A DNA stretch of 59,510 nucleotides, the filler included, from Rhizaria sp. SCN 62-66 (Eukaryota): NCBI GenBank assembly GCA_001724265.1. It is 2 parts of 2 records of this genome, joined end to end, with 100 filler letters (N's around TTAATTAATTAA, not from the genome) between each part and the next. Parts side by side here need not be neighbours in the genome. Positions count along the whole stretch, not along the records: positions 28,505 to 59,510 come from MEDY01000389.1; 1 more part is not named here. One strand, given 5' to 3'. A model generated the notes under the pieces. The model searched no databases. It saw only the letters and a list, made by a program, of their open reading frames with translations, and had not been told where the DNA came from. Below, in pieces: positions 54,456 to 59,510 of this stretch. Every line of letters starts with the position of its first letter. Within the stretch, counting starts at the first letter, position 1. Both the position numbers and the translations under genes were made by a program.

Positions 54456-55455
54456 ATGAGTCGTCCCGAGCTTATCGCGGCCCCTGACGTCTTTTATGAC
54501 GCCACTGAAGCCAGCAAGTATGGCCACAAGTACGTCACGCTCTTCTCTTTTCCATTTTTACCTCAAATCACTCTATCATCTGCTCTTTATAACCCCGTCT
54601 ATCGCACTACTCCTTATAGTCTCACTTCTCTCTCCCTTTGCTTCCGCTTCCCTGGCAACCTGCTCCCCGTCCAGCACCCGCATGCTGCGCATCCAGACCG
54701 AAATGACCGAGCGCGCGCTGCAGCTGCTGCGGCTGGACGAGTCGCGCCCGAACTACCTACTCGACGTGGGCACTGGCTCGGGGCTCAGCGGCGAAGTGCT
54801 GTCCGAGCACGGGTACGCGTGGGTCGGCGTCGACATCTCGCCCTCGATGCTCGGCGTCGCCCTCGAGCGCGAGGTCGAGGGCGACCTCATCTGCGCCGAC
54901 ATGGGCCAGGGCATGAACTTCCGTCCCTCGACCTTCGACGGGTGCGTCAGCATCTCGGCGCTGCAGTGGCTCTGCAATGCCGACGAGTCGGACCACATCC
55001 CGCAGCGCCGCCTCAAGCGCTTCTTCACCTCGCTCTACCGCGTCCTCGTTAAGGGCGCGCGCGCCGTACTGCAGTTCTATCCCAAGGACGCGGACCAGGT
55101 TGCCATGATTACGCGCTCGGCGCTTAACGCTGGCTTCTCGGGCGGCGTCGTCATCGACTACCCCAACTCGACCAAGGCCAAGAAGTTTTACCTCTGCATC
55201 CTCGCGGGCGAGCCCGACACGCGCGCCACGGCCGGCATCCCGCAGGCGCTGGGCGTCGACGTGCTGGGCGAGCCGACGCAGATCCAGGTCAACTCGAACC
55301 TGGAGCGCGGCAACAGCCGGCGCAAGCAGCGTAAGCCCAAGTTCGAGACGCGGCGCCAGTTCGTGCTGCGCAAGAAGGAGCGCCAGCGCAGGCAGGGCAA
55401 GGACGTGCGCCCCGACACCAAGCACACCGGCCGTAGTCGCAACATCCGCTTCTGA
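54456..55455 (+). CDS. BUD23: 18S rRNA guanine-N7 methyltransferase (284 aa, 2 exons)
   Basis: Exons 54456-54529 and 54675-55455 (intron GTACGT...CAG). Motifs MSRPELIAAPDVFY, IQTEMTERALQLL, LLDVGTGSGLSG, ISALQWLCNAD, GFSGGVVIDYPNSTKAKKFYL and the basic C-terminus. Confidence 0.96.
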
Positions 55456-55910
55456 GCTGCGTGCTGCTTTGATTTTTCTGCGCTTGTTCACTCGTTGTTG
55501 TTGTTGTGGTTGTCTGCTCTCATGTCAGGCCAGCTGTGGTTGTGTTACCGTGAGAATTGTGAGCCTAACTCAGTATATAGAGCTTCTCTCGGTGAAAAGA
55601 TCGCACACCTTATCAATAAACCACTCCTTTTCTTCATCATGGTCAATCTGAAAATCGTTCGTTCCACTCCGAAATTGTGAGATCTGATGCTAAACACTCT
55701 CTACGACCGAGTGATCCCAATCTCGACCTAGATCTGCTTGGTGGCGGCAGATGGGGGGTATGACGATTTTCAAGAAGTTGGGTTTCAAAGAGAACTCCGT
55801 CGGTAAGGAATAAAACAGTCATCCCAATATTTCAAGTGGTATTTAAATGTTTTTTGTTCAAGACATTGTCTAACACCTCTTGTGTCGTCCACAAACCACT
55901 CTTGCAGAGA

Positions 55911-57617
55911 ATGAGCCGGCCTCGCGATCGGCTCAACCTCGACTTTGACGTCGCCGCCGTCCGCGCGCGTCGTGCTGCAGGGATTGAGTCGAGTGACGAC
56001 GAGGGCCCATCACGCCCCTTCAACGTCCACACTCTTGCCGCTGCCGCCGCCTCAGCCGCTGCGGCCTCAGCCCCTCCCGGCGTCTCCGCGCCCCCGAGCG
56101 TCGCTCCTCCCCCAGGCGTCAACGTCGCCTCGGTCCCTCCAGGCGTGGCTGCTCCGCCCGGCGTCCGCGCGCCCCCCGGCGTGGCCTCGCCCCCCGGCGT
56201 GCGCCCCCCACCAGGAGTCACCGCTACTACTGCTGTTGCTCCTGCTGCTGTTGCTGTGGCCGAGGTGTCTGGGCGACAGGCGCTGCTGGCAGCCTACGCC
56301 AACAGCAGCGACAGCGATGATGGCGACGACGACGGCGACGGCGACGATGGTGACAGTGCTAGCAGCAAGAAGTCGCTTGCCGCGGCTGTGGCAGCACTCG
56401 CCACTGCGCTGCACACTAGCCCTCCAGTCAAAGTGAGCGACTCCTGTGGCAGCGGCGATATCAGCGCAGCAGCAGCACTGCATAGAAGCGCGGCTGAGGT
56501 GCCGACGGATGAGCAGCTTGCGTGGGTCTTGCATGGCGACAGCAACGGTAACAAGAACAACAACAGCAGTGCCGCTCTGCAGACGTATGCACGCGCTGCG
56601 CTGTTGCTGCTCTCCACGCTGAGGCCGGCTCTACAGACGCAGACGCAATCGCTAGCAGCCCATGCGCGCACTCTTGCTTCCGCCGTCTCCGCCTCTGTTT
56701 CTACCGCTACAGTGCCTGTTCCTGCTGATGCGCCTGTCTCTGCAGTACAGACTGCGGCTGCTGCTGCTCCTGCTGCTGCTGTTGTTGTTGCTCCTGCTCC
56801 TGCGGCTGCTCATGCAGTGGCGCCACTGTCCGCGCTGATGGCGCGCGCGGGCGTCAGCGATCCTTTCCGCCGCAACCAGCACCGCAGCACCGCCTCTGCC
56901 TCTTCTTCAGCCTCAGCAGCAGCGGCAGCGGCGGCGTCTGCAGCGGCAGCGGCGGCCGCGGTGGTGGCGTCTCTGAGCTCCACCGCAGCGGCGGCGGCGC
57001 GCAAGCCTCATAACAATAGCTACGGCGGCAGCGGCAGCGGCAGCGGCAGCGGCAGCGGCAGCGGCAGCGGCAGCGGCAGCGGCAGCGGCAGCGGCAGCGG
57101 CGGTTATGACAACAGCGGCAGCAACTTTTACGGCAGCGGTGGCGGATACGAGTACGACGCGCACGCGACGGCGGCGCACTTATTCGCGACGAATGCTGCG
57201 GCTGCAACAACGGCGCCGTATTCGTACGCGACCGCCAGTGTCTGCGGTGAGGATATGGGCGGGAGTAACGACGGCATGCCGCCGCCACCGCCGCCGCCAC
57301 CGCCGCCGCCACCGGCTGACGACGATGACGACGACGACAGCTCGCTGCCGCCGCCACCGCCGCCGCCGCCGCCGATGATGATGCCAGGGTCAATGCCAAT
57401 GCACGAGCAAGAGCATGAGCTGCAGACCGGGAGCCGGAGCAAGCGCGCGCTTGAGACTGATGAGGCTGGCACGACTGCTGCAAACGAGGACAGGAACAAG
57501 AGGCCGTGTCCCGCGAGTGCGCGTGCGGATGCAGCGGGAAACAGCACTGAGACTGGTACTGTAGGCGGGGGGTGGCGCGCGCGTGTTGCTGCGGCGCAAC
57601 GAAAGCAGACCGAATAA
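55911..57617 (+). CDS. Hypothetical Pro/Ala-rich protein (~568 aa) with PPGV repeats and poly-Pro tracts
   Basis: ATG at 55911 follows a YAG at 55905-55907. GC-rich ORF ending in TAA. No family recognised. Confidence 0.7.
   Translation: MSRPRDRLNLDFDVAAVRARRAAGIESSDDEGPSRPFNVHTLAAAAASAAAASAPPGVSAPPSVAPPPGVNVASVPPGVAAPPGVRAPPGVASPPGVRPPPGVTATTAVAPAAVAVAEVSGRQALLAAYANSSDSDDGDDDGDGDDGDSASSKKSLAAAVAALATALHTSPPVKVSDSCGSGDISAAAALHRSAAEVPTDEQLAWVLHGDSNGNKNNNSSAALQTYARAALLLLSTLRPALQTQTQSLAAHARTLASAVSASVSTATVPVPADAPVSAVQTAAAAAPAAAVVVAPAPAAAHAVAPLSALMARAGVSDPFRRNQHRSTASASSSASAAAAAAASAAAAAAAVVASLSSTAAAAARKPHNNSYGGSGSGSGSGSGSGSGSGSGSGSGSGGYDNSGSNFYGSGGGYEYDAHATAAHLFATNAAAATTAPYSYATASVCGEDMGGSNDGMPPPPPPPPPPPPADDDDDDDSSLPPPPPPPPPMMMPGSMPMHEQEHELQTGSRSKRALETDEAGTTAANEDRNKRPCPASARADAAGNSTETGTVGGGWRARVAAAQRKQTE
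57027..57098 (+). repeat. (GGCAGC)12 coding hexanucleotide repeat (Gly-Ser)
   Basis: Perfect tandem run inside the 55911-57617 ORF. Confidence 0.93.
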
Positions 57618-57944
57618 GAACTTAAGCTTAGGTCAAACAAAACATCCAACCTCGTTAAGGGGAATGTCCCTTCGCAACAATACATACATAGTACTAATAT
57701 ATATATATATATACATAGCCACAAGTCATATTGATGATCGTCACTTGACAGCAGAACCAGTGTTATGTGACATGTTGTGAGCTAAAACGGCGCGCATCAG
57801 CGATAATGCTGACACTATTGTCAACTGACAAAAATAAAGTAGACGGCACCGCGTACAGACTGCAGTGGTCAAAAAAGAATGTTAAAGAGTGCATGAGGTG
57901 CGCAAGCAGAAGGTGGGTCGAGCTCGGCAGGGGCAAAAAGAAAG

Positions 57945-58016
57945 CTCTCTGACCGGGAATTGAACCCGGGTCTCCTCCGTGACAGGGAGGAATACTAGCC
58001 ACTATACTATCAGAGA
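57945..58016 (-). tRNA. tRNA-Asp(GUC)
   Basis: Acceptor stem TCTCTGA/TCAGAGA, anticodon arm CCTCC-CTGTCAC-GGAGG, T-loop GGTTCAATTCC, discriminator G, downstream T-run (Pol III terminator). Confidence 0.97.
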
Positions 58017-58692
58017 CTTTAAACAGCTTAACTGCTTGAATAAGTGATGTGCGGCAAAAAATCTTAAATATAAATTTTATTTATAACATAAAAATCAATT
58101 ATCGATGATATCTGTTCTATTTTCCGTTTTTCGAAAAGTTTAATGAGCCTGAACGATGGTTTTAAAGTATTTGTATTTTTTACAAATTTTATATGAAAAA
58201 CTATACACAAATTAGACTGAAAGAGAATCAAAAACATAAAAGAGATGGTCTGACAACAACTTGAAAGCCACAGTAATCCAGTAAACAAAAATTCAGTTTT
58301 ATCACACTAAACCGACACAAATACTGTCATGTTCTTGCAAAAAAGCACGGTGGCTGTAATAACAGAAGTCAATCAATAGTATTTTTTGTAGGTAGACATG
58401 AAGAAGCATATTACCACAAAATCACGTTGTGACAGCATCAAGAACACTTGAAATGCTGCAGTTCTGTCACAGTTCAGCTTGTTCTTCAGCTGTGGCACCG
58501 TGGCACCTGCTTGCACGATCTTGAAATGCAAAACAAGCACTCACACGCTTGCAATGAAGCAAAAAGAAGTCGATGTGAAGTATCAATGGGTGGTAAGACG
58601 ATGTCAACAAAGAAAGAAAAGATAACGTTCACAGCCCCAACGCAGGCAAAACAGACTGTGGGCGGCCATGCGGTAAAAGTGCAAAAAGAAAG

Positions 58693-58764
58693 CTCTCTGA
58701 CCGGGAATTGAACCCGGGTCTCCTCCGTGACAGGGAGGAATACTAGCCACTATACTATCAGAGA
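58693..58764 (-). tRNA. tRNA-Asp(GUC), identical second copy
   Basis: Same 72 nt as 57945-58016, with the same 3' trailer CTTTCTTTTTGC. Confidence 0.97.
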
Positions 58765-59165
58765 TTAGTGGATGATCGAGCCAAATTTAATATTTAAAAT
58801 CAATTTAGTTTTAAACCATAACTTCCCAAAACATTCTGATAAGTCAGGAAGCTTAACAAGTAGTTTCTTCAGCATGGTCAAGAAGAATTGTAAATACGTA
58901 AGTTATGAAATGTATTAATACTTTTGTAAACACTATTGCGCTTCACTGATAGTGTTTACTATTGTACAGTGAAGCGCGGGAGGCGGGGCGCATGATGTTA
59001 TAGAGATGACGAGGCTGACATTAAGCTAGCAGGGCGGTAGGAGTGTGATGGGGGTGGGGGAGTGGGTGCGGAGGCAAAAAGTAAAGGGCTTTGCGGAGCG
59101 TGGGCTGCGGAAGGTATATTTTCCGCTTTCGCGGTGGCTCACAGAGCAGCGGGAGATAAAAAAAA

Positions 59166-59238
59166 TTCCCACTACGGGACTTGAACCCGTGTCTCAGCAG
59201 TGAGAGTGCCGTATACTAACCACCTATACTAAATGGGA
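59166..59238 (-). tRNA. tRNA-Glu(CUC)
   Basis: Acceptor TCCCATT/AGTGGGA, anticodon arm CGGCA-CTCTCAC-TGCTG, T-loop GGTTCAAGTCC, followed by a T-run. Confidence 0.95.
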
Positions 59239-59510
59239 GGGTACTCAGACGACACTGTGTGTCAATGTGAAGAAAAACTTTGATATAGTAGGAATAAAAG
59301 TTAACAACAGCTAAACAGTACAGTCCCAATTTTGTGAACCCCAGTGAGTAACTCAATCAAAAATAGATATCTCGACAGGGCATCGTTGGGCTGAAATGTA
59401 GTATCACCCTGAAATATTTTTGCCTGATTTGTATATAATTATATCTGCATAGTTGCTCAAAACAAAAACGAACACAAAGTTAGTACCACGATGTTTCTCG
59501 CAACGGGTGG

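Noticed and set aside
1551-57724. Hundreds of long overlapping/antisense ORFs (e.g. 10596-12320+, 37780-39489+, 50616-51971+)
   Set aside because: Shadow ORFs expected from very high GC and triplet repeats. They have Arg/Pro-rich nonsense composition and no motifs.
57945-59238. Checked the tRNA cluster for a CUA (UAG-decoding) anticodon
   Set aside because: The anticodons are GUC, GUC and CUC. No suppressor tRNA is visible in this window.

Overview
This is nuclear DNA from a flagellated/ciliated protist, not a prokaryote. Very GC-rich exons alternate with short AT-rich spacers and 125-250 nt spliceosomal introns that have an unusually fixed GTRCGT donor. Two contigs are joined by an artificial N44-TTAATTAATTAA-N44 spacer at 28405-28504. 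About 17 protein genes can be modelled: ALG8, a DH-PH RhoGEF, a PH+RGS-like protein, TsaE, a UNC-93-like MFS protein, Timeless/Tof1, a KH-KH-PLD6(Zucchini)-like fusion, a TMEM17-like protein, BUD23 and several low-complexity hypotheticals. Three tRNA genes are present (2x Asp-GUC, 1x Glu-CUC). Main leads: (1) TAG appears to be a sense codon. It interrupts two otherwise intact reading frames (TsaE codon 18 and TMEM17 exon 2), and none of the other 16 genes ends in TAG (10 TAA, 6 TGA). (2) A predicted lipid-anchored KH-KH-Zucchini-type fusion. (3) A branch point/polypyrimidine/YAG acceptor lies just upstream of almost every start codon, often with no matching donor, suggesting spliced-leader trans-splicing. 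(4) A perfect 11+11 bp interleaved (pseudoknot-type) element sits in the tRNA cluster. (5) Conserved domains are split by very large Ala-rich in-frame insertions. All assignments are by eye and no searches were run.
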